From: Camelus dromedarius
Taxonomy: Eukaryota
Assembly: GCF_036321535.1 (NCBI RefSeq)
Contig: NC_087447.1
Coordinates: forward strand, 46,812,001-46,876,000
DNA length: 64,000 nt
Direction of reading: 5' to 3'
Part shown: one piece after another, positions 9,467-23,780 of the stretch
How the letters are laid out: each line of letters opens with the position of its first letter
Position numbering within the stretch: position 1 is the stretch's first letter
Notes under the pieces: model-generated
Databases searched by the model: none
Told to the model about the DNA's origin: nothing
The model's input: the letters and a program-made list of their open reading frames with translations, nothing else
Translations under genes and position numbers: made by a program

Positions 9467-11124
9467 GTGAGAGTTGAGAGTCGAGGAGAGGAGAGACTCA
9501 GCCTGAAACTGAAGGGAGGGGAGGGGAGGTATCAGGAGTAGGGGTCCTAGGAGAGACGGGATCCTGAGAGGAAAGGAGCCAGCTGGGGGGCGGGTGCGCG
9601 GAGAGGGAAATCAAAGCTTCCCTGGATTCCAGGACTCGAGGACTCGGAGGCGGTCATAGGGTAGAAGACTTGCAATAACCTCAAGGGTAGAGATGGAGGG
9701 CAAGAAGAGAAGCCAGAGGAGTGGGGGTATTAAGATTTGGGATGATTAGCTGAGGGTCCTAGGGAGGACTTAAAGGGCTGCCAGGTAGCCTGAATTGGAG
9801 GGGCGTGGACTTCTGCCAGGGAAAGCCGGGTTTTCACTGAGGGAGAGGACTCTAGGTTTGGAGTGGGGGTTGGGGACGCGGGCCGGGGAAGAGTGCTAAT
9901 ATACTAGTATTATAGCTTTGAGTTATTTTTATGTAAGAATTCTTTACATTCTAGAACTTTGTACATAATGTGGGCTCGGTAAAGTTTTGGTCAACGAGTG
10001 AACGAATGGATGAATGAACGATTGTATACTGGAATTCATCCATCTTCTTTACCAAACATTAAGTTTCATCTTTGTGCCGAGTCTTGGGGTAAGTGCTAGG
10101 GACACAAGAGACCCTCCCATCGAAGAGCTCACAGTCTGGTGGTGGGAGACACACAAGAAGACTAGTCATTGCATCAGAGATATAATGGTGGCACTGAGAA
10201 GAGCAGACCAGTGCAATTTGGGCAAGGTTAGGTTTCCCAGAGGAGATTAGTCTTAATGGGTAAGTGATTCTCTATCTCTCTCTTCTAGAGTTAGGAATTC
10301 TTTAAGGGTGAGCTCTTGAGGGTATATGTCCCCTTTAGCTACATAATAAGCATTTAACAACTGGTGTATTCAATTACCAGTGGTCCTTGAAGGAAATCAC
10401 TAAGAGGAAGGAGACATTGAGTTTGAGGGGAATGAAGGGACAGCGCTGAGAAGCAGAGAGAGAAGGTGAGAAGTGGAAAGGGAAAAGATTCTGAGGCCTA
10501 GGGTACATTCATAGCTAGGGGTGCTTGTGGTCTTGCACATGGCAGCATACGGACAACAGGGAGGAATAGGAGGAAAGGGGTTGATCATAGGGAATGAAAC
10601 CAGTGGGATCTCTGAGGGATCAGAATCATCGAGGCCCTAGCTGTGTATTGGGGGTGGATAGGTGGGGTCTGAGGATGAGGCTCAGAGAAAGGGAGTAGAA
10701 GTGGACTTGAGAAGCAAAGACTGTTGTTTGGTGGTGGGATGACTTGGAGGATTTGGTTCACCTGATTGGGATCATTAAGGTGGGGGGAGGAGATTGAGAA
10801 ATTGACAAGTGGTCAGAGCAAGGAGAGATTTTTAAAGAAGCATTTTAGAACTATACCTTTCAATCACTAATGACTAGTGTTTGGATACCACTCGGTTGGT
10901 GAGGTGGGGTGGTTGTGGAAATGACTTCCAAGGCCCCTTTCAGCTTTAAGTTTCTGTGATTACAGTTGGCTGTGGTTCAGTGAGATACACTTGAAAGTGC
11001 CTTGAAAAAGGTAAATACTGTATTGAAGTTATTTTATGTGGTTTGTTAGTCATGGGCTCTCCTTTGAGGGGAGCCTAATTTCAGTTATATATATCAGGAT
11101 TTATTGGGATAAAGAGCACAAGTT

Positions 11125-11251
11125 TTGTTTTGTTTTGGGGGAAGATAATTAGGTTTATTTTTTATTTTACTGGAGGTAATGGGTATTGAACCCAGGACCT
11201 CGTGCTTGTTAAGCATACACTGTACCACTGAGCTATATACCCTCTCCCCTC
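11125..11251 (-). mobile_element. tRNA-derived SINE (vic-1 type)
   Basis: A/B boxes, ATAAACCTAATT 3' motif, and perfect TSD AAGAGCACAAGTT (11112-11124 / 11252-11264). Confidence 0.88.
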
Positions 11252-14200
11252 AAGAGCACAAGTTATGTCAGAGGAGAAAAGAACTTAAAGTTTTGATGTT
11301 AGACATTTTTTATTTTTCCTTCTTAGCTTTTCTTCCCTTGTTTTTTTTTTTAAGAACTTAAGAGCTTTTAGTAGCGTAATTATACTGCCAGAGCCTTAGG
11401 CCTAGAGGTCAGCTTTATATGTAACCACTAGCATTCATCTCAGAAAACTTCTATTTCTTGTTTGATTTACTAAGAAAGAATATAATCTGTCGTCTGAAAA
11501 TTCTGTATGAGCTAGTTCTATCCTTTTCCTTGTGTGTTTAAGAAAGTAACTCTAAGTAGGAACCGTCATCCCTTCAGGCTCAAAAAAAAAAAAAAAAAAA
11601 GAAAGAGGGTTATGGTTTGGCAGACCTTAGTTTATGAGCTTGTGAGCAAGTTTTCACTAATGTCTCCCAGCTGTTTCTTAGCAGTCTTAACAAGTGAAAG
11701 AGAAGGTGAAATCCATCCTTTAATTTGTAATTATTGGTGTCTGCTGTGTATTATGCACTGGGAATTCAAAGATCAGTAAGACAGGATCTTTATCAATTTA
11801 CAGTGTAGAGAAGAGACATGCAAATGGCCCACTGCAGTACTGGATAATTGCTGTCATGGAATTGTGTAACAAATTTAGTGGGGCACAAGAAACACTCAAG
11901 TCTGCTAGGAGGAGTCAGTGAAGTCTTTTTGATGGAGATGGGTTTCAGCTGAAAAATTAAAGGTTGGATTTACAAAGACGCAATGATTTGCACGTGGCAT
12001 CAGAGTTGCCTTCCTGTACCACTTTCTGCTTGGTAGAGAGACTGGTGGAGCCCAGATTATAAAAGGGTAATGGATAGCCTAGCTAAGATGCAGTAGGTGC
12101 TCTTTTGATCACTTTGGGAAGATTGTGCTTGCTCTGGTTTGTTCCTCAGGATATTGGACCTGTGTTTTCCCATGTCAGATCCCATAAGATGGTCAGTAGT
12201 CTGGAATAGCAGCCATCAGTTCATTCATGTTCCTTTCCTCTTCTTTTGTCTTTTTCATTATTACTTTCTCTAGTAGTAAAGGTAATTTAGGCTTTGCTTA
12301 CTGCTTCTCTGTTTTTGAGAGGTAGATAGAAAAGAGGGCTTAGGAAAAGAACTACCAGTAGAAAAGGCTATTGTTTATTGAGCCTTTACCATAAACCAGT
12401 CCCTGTTTAAGACCTTTTACCTACATTAGCTCATTACTAACAGCAGCTCTGTGAATTAGTTGGAGTTAACCGCATTTTATAAGTGAGGAGAATTCCACAG
12501 TTTGTGAGGAGGGAGTGCAGATTCCAACCCAAGTCTGCCTCTGCTATCCTGAACTCAGCCCATGCTATACTGAGCACCTTGGTTCTATTTTTCACACCAG
12601 ACTTATCTTACCAAGGTAAACGACCACCTTCTTAATATACAAAAGTCTCATCTCCAAAACGTGAAGCAGCATTTCATTCCTGTGAAGTTCAAAGTGGGGG
12701 TTAACTAAAGGAATACTGTTTTTTCTATACAGGTCCTTTAACGTACTGAATACTCAATTCTCCTGAGCCCCTGGTCATGAGAAGTGATAAGCCCAGTGGC
12801 AGTCAGGGAGATGGTAGGTGGGTATAGCCAGCTCAGGCTAGGTATTAAACAGGCTGTGAAGACTGGCCAAGTTCTTTCAATTTGCTAAACCATGGGGTCT
12901 TGAGGATGTTAGGGATGATAAAGCATGGGTATCAGGTTGGAGGCTCACAAGCCAACCTACTCCTGGAGCCTGTGAGTTTCTTCTTGAAGGGGTAGCTGGT
13001 CAACCTGTGAGAGGAATTGGAGGCATCATCTTGGCATAGAGAGCTGGCTTGGGATCTAAGGTAAAAAAGCACTTCAGCATCCAATCAGGACCTGCCTCCC
13101 TGGCCAGTGCCTGTGAGTTTCGGATGTGTCTACTCTCAGTACTTCTTCATCTGCCAAAATGTTGTGATATCATGCAGATTAGTGAGGAGTTTCCAGCCCA
13201 AGTTCAAAGCAAGTATCCTAGCCTACAACTAACTTAAGTTATTGCCTTAAGTGCATAATTTATGTTTTGGGGGCCCTGTTTTATTCTTGTTAAGAGAGGA
13301 GATTGGACTAGATTGGCCAGTTTTAAACATTTATTTAGTCATGAAACCCTTTATTCAAACAAAATCTCACTTGGAGACTTGTCCCTGAAGGTCAGAACCC
13401 CTTGGGTGTCTCAAGCCACACTTTGAAAATCAGGGAGCTTTCTATTACTGCCCACTGATTGTGTGACCCTACTTTATGTTTCTTCGGCTCCCCAGTACTT
13501 CCTCCAGCCCATCCCTACCAAGCATTATTTTAACTGTCTCCCCCACCAGACATGCTACATGAGAGCAGAGTCCAATTCTGTCTTGCTCATCATCGTCATA
13601 GTCCCTTCACTCAGCTTGGTGCCTGGAATAAAGCAGGCACTTAATAAGTGTTTGATGTTATTATTTTTGAGTAGTGGTAATAATAGCTACAATTTAGTGA
13701 GTGTTTGTGATATGCCAGGTCCTCTGCTTAGTAGTATGTGCTTTTTTATTGAATGTTTACAGCATCCCTGTAAGAATTGAACTATTGGACTAAAGCTCTT
13801 TCTGGCTCTAACATACTATGTTCTGTGTTTCTGATGACTGGCAGGTCTTTGTCCATGCTGTCTTGTCTGCCTAGAGTACCTTTCCTTTCCCTATGTGTTT
13901 TTCCAAATCCCACCTGTACCTTAAGGTTCTACCCCAAGGCTCTCTTGGCTTATAGAACTATTCTGATCTACATCGATATCTTCTTTCCCCATCTTTCCTG
14001 GTTTTCTCAGTGTTCATGTATCAATTCATCAAACTTATGAAACACTGTCCGTGTACCAGGCACTGTGCTTTGCTTGATCATACTAAGATGGAGAAAGTAT
14101 GATAACTGCCTTCAAGGAGTTCACAGACTAGCACGGATGGGGAAAGACTGATAAATAACATGACAGTGGAGTAGGTGCTGTGGGTAGATCAAGGAGGAAG

Positions 14201-14679
14201 TGGCCATTTATTGTCATATCTCCTCTTTCCAGGCAGGCTGTGGAAGTCCCCATCCCTTGCTTCTTCAAAGTAGTAATCTTGATCTGTTTTGTTTTTTGTT
14301 TTTCTCCTGTGGGTCTCTCCCTGTAGACATTTGATAAATGTCCCTTGTTTCCAAGGATTTTCTTCTCTACGGATTCTTGGTTAAAGTCAAGATCTTATTG
14401 AGAGATTGAGACATGTGTGACTGAAGTTTAATCTTGGCTATCTCACCATGTATCTTTGGTTTTTTTTAAGGCATGTAAAGTGAGTAATAGCATAATGTAG
14501 TGAGGGAAAACCTAGAGTAGTAAACAGTAGACTTGGGTTCTGGACTAGACTAGGAATAGCAGATTTGTTTTATCTCAGAGACAGACAAATGATAATAGAT
14601 GCTTAGATGGCTGTGTTGAAAGGATTCCGAGGCCAGGGCTCACCAGGAGAGTGCTGAGGGAGAGTGCTCAAGGCAAAGT

Positions 14680-14910
14680 AATATGGTACTTACTCTGTGC
14701 TGGCTCCTGTGCCAAGTGTTTTATATGCATTATCTAATTTAATACCACAGCCTTACAAGGTAGGTACTATTATGGTTATATCCATTCTATAGCTGTGGAA
14801 ACTGAGACATAGAGAATTTAAGTCAGTTGCCCAATGTCATGCAGCTAGGTAAGTGACAGGGCTAGGGTTCAAATCCAAAATGACTCCAGCATCTGTGCTC
14901 TTGACAACTC
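14680..14910 (-). mobile_element. MIR SINE (representative; others at ~12370, 17810, 33085, 36320, 37910, 51985, 56580)
   Basis: MIR core GGAAACTGAGACATAGAGAATTTAAGTCAGTTGCCCAATGTCATGCAGCTAG. Confidence 0.7.
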
Positions 14911-16161
14911 TGGGCAGTATGAGTACTGTGTGCTTCCCATACTGTCCTCCACTAGACATTTCTCCAGCGTAAGTATAGGACTTCATTTACAGAGGGGATT
15001 TGACTGGGGTCATGCTATTTGTCTTTCTCTCCTATGAGACTGGCTTCTCCTTGGAAGCTCTATCCATCCTTACACCCCTGGTGCCTGGCGTAGAGTGTGA
15101 TTCAATAAATGTATGAAGATACAAACTTACGAAAGATTCCGACCGCTCCATACCTTTACTCTTTATCTGTGAAATGATAGGTTTGGACTAGATGACCTTC
15201 TAGAAGTCTCTTGCAGCTTTGAAAATCCTTGATCCCAGTATTTCACTCTGCCTTGTGTTTCCTACAATTCCTATTAGGTACTCAGTAAATCCTAGTGAAT
15301 GACTGAATGAAGGTATAATTATTACTAATACTCTGTGCTAATAATATTGGGATGAGAAAAGAAAAAAACAGTGATATGGAAATTGTAGACAAAAAAGCCT
15401 ACATACAACCTCCAATTCCATAACCTTTGACTTTTTATGCAATCAGAGTCTCATACTCTGGCAGATGTGCTGTCTACAGATGGTATTCCATTTGGTTTCC
15501 CGTTACAACACCTCCCATCCCCACCTCACTCTTCCTTTTTGCAAGTCAGTTTTTGGTTAACCTGTGACTTGGTAACTTATCTACTTCCAGAAGGAATTTA
15601 AGGTGTCATCTGGTCAATAAAGGAGGGTAGGAGAGAGAGGAAAAGATGAAGAGGAATGTTCTAACTCCTTGAGTGCAGGGACTGGCTTTCTCATCTATGT
15701 ACATTCCTCAGTGCCTTGCCCAGTGCTTGGCACATAGCAGACATTAATATATTTGTTGAATAAATGAGAATGCTTGTAGGTTTGGTTACTCAGGTTTAAG
15801 GAAGTGTTGAGTAGATTGCAAAAGTTAACTGACGCCCTCTCTATTCTGGTGATAACACAATAGCACCTGACAGTACTATTTGCTTATAAACTGCTTATGA
15901 AGCATTTCCATTTGATTAATGCTGTATTGCTTCTTATGAGTGAGTCATAAACATGGAATCTGAGGACTTGCTTTCTGCCCCATAGGGCCCTACGTAGATA
16001 TCTATCAACACATACCATGTTCTGTTGTTTGTCTCCTTTATTGAGCAGTGAACTCCTTGAGGGGACAGAACTGCATCATTTTTCATCTCTGTTTTCCCAG
16101 CACCTAATCTCTCACAGTGGCTAGCATAGATATTCAAATGCTTATTACACTTGAATCTTAA

Positions 16162-17042
16162 TTTTTTCATTTTTAAATTTATTCTATTTTTTCCCATTTT
16201 TTTAGTCAAACTATAGTCAGTTTATAATGTGTCAATTTCTGGTGTATAGCATAATGTTTCAGTCAAGCATATACGTATATTCCTTTCCATATTCTTTTTC
16301 ATTACAGGCTGCTACAAGATACTGAGTATAGTTCCTTGTGCTATACAGTATAAACTTATTTATTTATTTTATACATAGTGGTTAGTATCTGCAAATCTTG
16401 AGCTCCCAGTTTACCCCTTTCCACCCCCTTTAGCCCCTGGTAACCATAAGTTTGCTTTCCATGTTTCTGTTTTGTAAATAAGTTCATTTGTGTCTTTTTT
16501 TTAGATTCCACATATAAGTGATACCATATGGTATTTTTTTTCCCTCTTTCTGGCTTACTTCACTTAGAATGACGATCTCCAGGTCCATCCATGTTGCTGC
16601 AAATGGCATTCTTTTTTATGGCTGAATAGTATTCCATTATCTATGTATAACCACAATTTCTTTATCCAGTCATCTGTCAGTGGACATTGAGGTTGTTTCC
16701 ATGTTTTGCCTTTTATAAATAGTGTTACTACAAACACCTTAGGTTACATGTGTCTCTTCAAATTATATTCCCTCTGGATATATGCCCAGGAATGAGATTG
16801 CTGGATCACATGACAAGTCTTTTTTTAGTTTTTTGAGGAATCTCCAAACTGTTTTCCATAATGGCTGCACCAAACTACATTCCCACCAACAATATAGGAG
16901 GGTTCCCTGTTCTCCACACCCTCTCCAGCATTTATCGTTTGTGGACTTTTTAATGATGGCCATGCTGACTGGTGTGAAGTGATATCTCATTGTAGTTTTG
17001 ATTTGCATTTCTCTGATAATTAGTGATATCGAGCATTTTTAA
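16162..17042 (-). mobile_element. 5'-truncated, relatively young L1
   Basis: ORF2 C-terminal peptide [33 protein letters not shown]...[16 protein letters not shown] plus 3'UTR. TSD ACTTGAATCTTAA (16149-16161 / 17043-17055). Confidence 0.92.
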
Positions 17043-18069
17043 ACTTGAATCTTAAATCTAATCCACCCACCCATGTTGAACATCCCCAGTAAGTGATCAC
17101 CTAGTCTGTGTTTAAACTCCTGTAATGATAGGGAGGTTATCATTCTATGGTCAGTCTGTTCCCTCATTGAATACCTCTGTTGCGGTATTTTTCAAATTGA
17201 GCTAGAATTCTTATTTCTGTAGCTTCGATTTTTTAGTCCTTCTTTTCCAGCTCCTGTGTCTGCATCTTTGACCCATGGAGGCACATGCACTGCCAGAGAA
17301 TGCCTCTGGGGGTGTAGGCTCTGTCCACGTGGGGCTATTTGGCCTAACAGCATACTCCGCGAAAGCTAACCTAAGATAATCCGTCTGATAATTGTTCTTC
17401 TTCTCTACTTTATTTCTTTGTGTTTTCCCTTCTAGAAGTCATTTGTTATCTCTCTGCTCCTCAGAGGCGAATCTGTAGGTAAACATAAACTCATTAGTTC
17501 TCTCTAAAGTGCAGCTTTCCCAAGAGGATGCTGAGTTATGGCCATGGGGCTTTTGGCCCTGAGCAAGTAGGGAGAACCAATGGGGAACAGGGAAGCTGGA
17601 GGCAGAGAGCATAGCCCTGCCAAGGTCTGTGTTCCCTTTCCCATTCTCCCCCTCTTCCCAGTAGGATGTTCTCAATAATTGCATGTGGCTGTTACTTGGG
17701 AGGCCTCCAGTGGCATTTTACTCTCCATTGCCCATAGGATTGAGCCCAACCTCTTCTTGAGCCTGTCATTTAGTGCCCTGCAGAAGCAGGCTTTTCTCTT
17801 ATTCTAATGATAATAACTAATTTTTTTAGTGCATACTATATGCCAGGCATTATGCTAAGCATTTTAGATGCATTAGCTCTTCTAACTCCATTTAAATACT
17901 ATTATTTTCTTTACTTCCAGATGAGTAAAAACTAAGGCATATGTAAGTAATTTATTTAAGGTTGTTTAGCTTGTAAGTGGAATTGGGATTTGAACCTAGT
18001 GATGTAACTCCATGATCTCTATTGCTGTTGTACCCTATAACATGGTTTCACTGTTTTCAAAATTCACCG

Positions 18070-21000
18070 TATATTTATTGAACATTCAGTTATACCAGAT
18101 ACTTTATTTGGTCTTGGGAATTCATAAATGGATAAAGAAACTATCTGTGCTCCAAAAGAATTCATGATCTAGTGGGGAGAGGGACCTATCAAGTGATAAT
18201 GACAATGTAGTGTGATGGGTAGAGTTATGTACAGGTACCACAGGCACATGGAAGGAATGCGTAAGTGTATTGGGGAGAGTTAGGGAAGACTTCAGAGAGG
18301 ATATGACATTGGGCTGATTCTTAAAGGAGGGGTAAAGTTTTTCATATGGCTAGGAGGCCAGTTTATGCCAAGGTAAGAGTATGTATGTAAAGGAATGGAG
18401 GCATGATATCTCTAAGCAAACTATTAAACATACTATTCTCTACTAATAAAACTAATAAAAATTTATTGATACTGGCTTGCTTTGTGCAAGGCACTGTGTT
18501 AGGCACTTGGGTTGTGAGGAAACGTGCTTAATCATGTTTCATGCCTTCAGGGAGCTTATATGGTTCAGTTAGAAAAATAGGACAGGTAGTCCAGTTGGAA
18601 AGGCTATAATTATAAAATAAGAAGTTCTAAATACTTTATCAGTAAAAAAACAAAATGCTGTTAGGGAAGTAAATCCCTTCTCATTGAAATGATTACAGAA
18701 GACTTTGTGGAGAGGAACCATCTGAGCTGGGCCTTAATGGGTGATTTAAATTTCACTAGAGAGTGAGTATCAGGAATAAAGACCCCAAGTAAATACGAGA
18801 AAGAAGGATGTGTTTGGTGATCAGCAAGATAAAGAGTACTAAGTACTAAATCTGGAAACATAGATTGGGGCCAGTATGAGGTTGACTTTAAATGCTAGGC
18901 TGAGGAGTTAAGATCTATTCATTCACTCCTTCAGTCATCAGTTACTGAATGCTTGTGTATGCCGATGTGGTGCTAGGGACACAAAGATGAAGACATAGCT
19001 CCTGCTTTCAGGAGGCTAATAGTCACATAGGGGAGGACAGACATGGAAACAAATGATGTAGTATAGTTGTACTTGTGTGTGTGAGGTACTGTGGTGGCAA
19101 AGGAGGGTTGATTAACTCTGCTTGAAATCATTAAAGACAAGATGCTTGAATTGGTTCTTGAGGATTAAGTTTGAGTTCAGTAGTTAGTCAAATGTCTGTG
19201 AGGTAGAGAGGAGTGATCCAGCAAAATGAAAAGGTATGCAAAGGCTTGGAGGCATTAAACAGCATGGAATATTCTGGGAACTAATAATTTCTATATAATC
19301 AGAGTTTAGGTTAAATTTCGGGGAACAACAGTGAGTGTTAAGGTTGGCGAGGCTTTTTTAACAACATCCTAAGAAACTTGGGCTTGTAACATTTTTCAGA
19401 TCTAAGTCTCAGAATGATCAAGTCTGGTAGAAGTGTGGAAATTATTTTTGGATAAATCAGCTTGGAGAAAGGAGAAGAAATTACTTGGGAGGACTGCAGT
19501 AGTAGAGGTGGTAGGTATTGGAGCACGAGTGAAGGCAGTGAGGGAAGAGAAAAGTGAGCAGCTATAAAAATATTAAATAGCAGTGCTTCCACTTTTTTTT
19601 TTGTCCTTTCCATCCCACTCCCTAATTCATTCACTCACATATCCATCAAACATTTATTAAGTATGTAATCTGTGTTGTTTATTCTTTCCTTCTTCAAATA
19701 CTGTGACTTCAGGATGTCAGGGATTTTTCTAAGTCCCAGTAATTCAGCAATGAACAAGACAACCATGGTCCTTGCTCTTGTGGAGTTTACCTTCTAACAG
19801 GGGAAACACAGATACAACCAATAAGTAAGAAGCAGGATAACTCCAAGTGGTGCTAGGTGCTCTGAGGGAAGTAGGGTGATAGGATGGAGAACGACTCCAG
19901 GAGAGGTGCTACTGTCAACAGCGTGGTTATGGAAAGTCTCTGGGGAGGTGTTGTTTGAACAAAGACCTGAATGAAGATGACTTAGCAGTTTGGAGATTTG
20001 GAAGCATACATGTGTCAAGTGGGAGACAGATTGGTAGGAATGAATTAGGCATGTCTTGGGACCAAAAAAGAAGGCCAGTATGACTGAATCATAGTGAGTA
20101 AAGGAAAAATCATATGAGATCAGGAAATTTGTCAGAGTTAGATCTGTAAGGCCTTGTGGATGCTGCTAAATGTGTTGAATTTTATTGCGAATGCAATGAA
20201 GATTTTGGATGGTTTTTAAAATAGGAGTGAGGTGAGCTAATTTGCATTTTTCAAAATGATCTCTCTCTCTGCGTTGAGGAGAATGGATTGTATTCAAGGA
20301 GGGCAGTTGGGAGACTTGCAGTGGAGAAATGATAGTGTTGGAGTTGTGGGTGTTGGGTAGGGAGGCAGAGGTGATGGAGAAAAGTAGATGAAATCAGAAT
20401 ATGTTTTGATACAAAAAAGTATGTTTTGAAGTGGAGTCTACAGGACTTCCGGTGGTTTGGATATGAGATGTAAGGGAAAGAAAATAATCAAGTTGATTTT
20501 AAAGTTTTCTAGACTTGTTTTGCTTTGACTTGAGTAGTTGGCAGTATCATGGCTGATGTTACCATGTACTGAACAAGAAGGATGGGGAGAAAATGTGAAA
20601 AATTGTAATTGGTCATGTTAAGTTTGAGATGGCTATTTAAACATCTTAAGTGGTGGTGTCAGTTAGGCAGTTGGAAACGAGCTTAAGAGTCAGGGAAGAG
20701 ATCTGGATATTGGTTCAGGACTCTGAAGATGTGGCGTTTTATCCTAGCTCTACCACACAGTTGTTACCTGAGGTAAGTCAGTGAGACACTCTGAACTGCA
20801 GTGTTGTCAGCTTAAAATAAAGATCAAGTTACTTGTTATGCCAGCCTCATGTGTATGGTGGGAGAGTCCTGTTTACTCATTTATCCATTCATCAAACAAA
20901 CACTGAGCATTTACCAAGGCACTGTCTTAGCTGTGAAGAATGATAGAGACATAGGCCCTGCTCTCAGACCACTCATAGTCCAGTGGGACAGTTAGTCAAG

Positions 21001-21500
21001 TAAAGAGGTGTAGTAACTGCTGTAATACAGAGAAGCACAGAGATCTCTGGGAGCACAGAAGATGGTGGGCAAGGGATCAGGAAAGGCTCCCCAGAGAAGT
21101 GGCTCTTTAGCTGATGTGAAAAATGACTAGAAATTAACCAGCCAAAGAAAGAAGGGATGGGCCCGCTAGGAAGGAGGAACAACATGTGCAAGGTGGGAGG
21201 CAAGAGGAAGAGAACCAGCCCGTTGGGGGCACAGGGTGAGGTTTAGTGTTGCTGGAGCATCAGAGTAGAAGGTGGGGAGTAATAAGAAAGTAAGAAGACT
21301 GGAAAGGGAGGCAGGTGTGAGATTATGAAAGGTCTTATATGCTGGGCTAAGGAGTTTGGAATTTTAATGGATGTGTAATAGATGATTAGCTATGGGAGAG
21401 CCTGAAGCACTTAGGTGAGTGACATGGATCAGATTTGCATTTTAGAAAGATCACTCTGGGGACAGAAATGGAGAAAGGATTAAAGAGGCAGGGAAGGCTT
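18070..21500 (-). mobile_element. Cluster of ancient L2 fragments
   Basis: Repeated L2 3'-end signatures (CATTCATTCA, CATTTATTGA, 'ggtccttgctcttgtggagtttac', 'agatttgcattttagaaagatcactctgg'). Boundaries approximate. Confidence 0.6.
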
Positions 21501-21741
21501 GCCTTAATCCAGGCAGGTAGGGCTTCCAGATGTATCTAATTCCAAAGGGCATGTGCTTTCTGCTGTATTATACGTAGTGCAAGGAGGCATATGTTGAGTG
21601 CCAGAGGAGTGGGGAAGCAGAGGAAGGTAAAATTGGAAAGGCATACTGGGGTCCGATCATGGCCTTGTGCAATCATAAGAGCTCTCTCAATGCTGTCATG
21701 GAGGGCACGGTGTATCCTACTGAGGAGTTCTTACTTTCTCT

Positions 21742-21939
21742 CTCTCTCTCTCTCTTTTTTTTTTTTTTTTGGTATACATATATTTATTGAAGTATGGTCA
21801 GTTTACAGTGTTGTGTTGGTTTCCAGTGTATAGCATCATGCTTTAGTCATACATGAACAGACATATATTCGTTTTCATCCTCTTATTCATTAAGTTACTA
21901 CAGGATATTGAATATACTTCCCTGTGCTATACATTATAA
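21742..21939 (-). mobile_element. Short L1 3' end with (CT)n/poly-T tail
   Basis: Same L1 3'UTR family as 2923-3154. TSD CTTACTTTCTCT (21730-21741 / 21940-21951). Confidence 0.8.
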
Positions 21940-22959
21940 CTTACTTTCTCTTATAGGCAGCATTGGGACACCAGATGATTTTGAACTTGAGTAACACAGT
22001 GACTGGCAAGAAGGGCATGAAGTTGAAGGGCTTGGGTGATGTTTGTAGCTTGAGTAATAGAAAAGAAGAAAGAGATGGTAGGGACATTTCCTGCCCCAGT
22101 GACTTAGGCCTTCTGGTACAACCAGCCATGTTCTTCAGTTTTTCCTTCTCCCCAAAGCTTCCTTCAGTCCTATTTGTATGCTGTGTTAAGTTTGGAAAAT
22201 ACTTACTGTTGACTATTAATAATCACAAAGGATTTCATGTTAGTGCTTTTTTATGAGGAAGAGTTACTTTCTAACTTAGAAGCCACAAAGAATGGAGCAC
22301 CTTTGCTAGCTGTACATCTCTGATGTGGTCCAGATACCAAACTGTGTCTTTAATCAACTTCTGAGCTCCTTAAGGAGGAGAAAGTTTACTTCAAGCAGGG
22401 CCAAAGTATCATTCACTGCTATAGATGAACATAGCTTGTGATTCTGTCATGTGGTTGGTGTCTCCCACTGACTGTGGGAATGGAGGGAGGGGGCCAGTTT
22501 TCCAAGTGATGGAACATTTTGATGACTACTTCTGAGTGAGGGCCACTGTAGGATGGCTTCTTCAGAAGTTGCTTATTGTCAGAGAGCAGCAGCTGTCTCA
22601 GGGGTAAGTGGTAGCAGCCATTATAAATGGGTAAGTTCTGTTACTTTCAGATGGCTTTCCCAGTTCTTCTGAATTCTTCTGCAGCATCATCCCCACTGTT
22701 GGTTCAAGTGAGAATTATTCAGTCCTGTGTATATATTTCCAAAGCATATGCTTTGTGTCTAGTGCTAGGTGTGAAGTGTGAGGGAGATGCAGAACGAGTA
22801 AGGCATTACCTTGTTTTCAAAGCAGTTAACGTTACTGTAACATCCACTTAACATTTATTGAACACATCCAGTGTGCCAGATTACATGCTAGTTCTTTGAT
22901 GTAAAAATGAGTAAGATACAGATGATCCTCGGGCCATTTTCCACCCAGTAGGATTGCTA

Positions 22960-23640
22960 AATGGGAGAAGGTATTTGCAAACCACGTGTCTGATAAGGGA
23001 CTGTGTTCAGGATATGTAATGAACTTTTACAGCTCAACAAGAAAAAGATAATCTAATAAAAAAATGAACAAACGATTTGAATAGACTTTTCTCCAAAGAA
23101 AACATACAAATGGCCAATAAGCACATGAAAAGATGTTGAACATCATTAGTCATCAGAGAAATGCAAATCAAAACCATAATGAGATGTATCACTTCATACC
23201 CACTGTAATCAGAAAGACGTGATAACAAGTGTTGTTGTGGATGTGGAGAAATTGGAATCCTCATACACTTCTAGTAGAAATGTAAAATTGTGCAGCTGCT
23301 ATGGAAAATAGTTGGGCAGGTCTTCAAAAGGTTAAGCATAGAGTTACCATATTACCCAGTAATTCCATCCCAGGTATATATTTGAGAAATAAAAATATGT
23401 CCACATAAAAGCACATATAAATGAAAGGTCCAGAACAGCAAGTCTATAGAGACACAAAATAAATTAGTGGTTCCTTAGGTCTAGGGGTAGGAATGGGGAG
23501 TTGGGCACTTAACCTGAGCTTTCTCTTTAGCGTGATGGAAATTATTTAAACTAAGATGTTGTACAACTCTGTAAATGTATGAACAGTCATTGAATTGTCC
23601 ACCTAAAATGGTGCTGTACTTCAGCAAAACTTTAAAAATA
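22960..23640 (+). mobile_element. L1 fragment (ORF2 end and 3'UTR)
   Basis: ATGGCCAATAAGCACATGAAAAGATGTTGAACATCATTAGTCATCAGAGAAATGCAAATCAAAACC is typical of the L1 ORF2 C-terminus. Confidence 0.85.
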
Positions 23641-23650
23641 AGAAAAGATT

Positions 23651-23780
23651 GAGGGGTGGTTATAGCTCAGTGGTAGAGTGTATGCATGAGGTCATCGGTT
23701 CAATCCCCAGTACATCTGTGAAATAAAAAATAACAATAAATAAATAAACCTAATTACCCGCAAAAATTAAAAAAAAAAAA
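23651..23780 (+). mobile_element. tRNA-derived SINE (vic-1 type)
   Basis: TATAGCTCAGTGGTAGAG...GGTTCAATCCCCAGTAC...ATAAACCTAATTAC followed by poly-A. Confidence 0.85.

Larger units (their letters stand above)
8300..9900. promoter_or_regulatory. CpG island / bidirectional promoter shared by XNDC1N (-) and RNF121 (+)
   Basis: Local CpG enrichment in an otherwise CpG-depleted window, between two divergent genes. Contains ETS, ZNF143-type, GC-box, CCAAT and YY1 motifs. A candidate minus-strand first-exon donor CGG|GTGAGG lies at 8712/8711. Boundaries approximate. Confidence 0.85.

Noticed and set aside
17270..17395. GC-richer patch with a small hairpin (CCAGAG...CTCTGG) as a ribozyme/ncRNA
   Set aside because: I could not build a hammerhead, HDV-like or snoRNA consensus, and a 6-bp stem is expected by chance.
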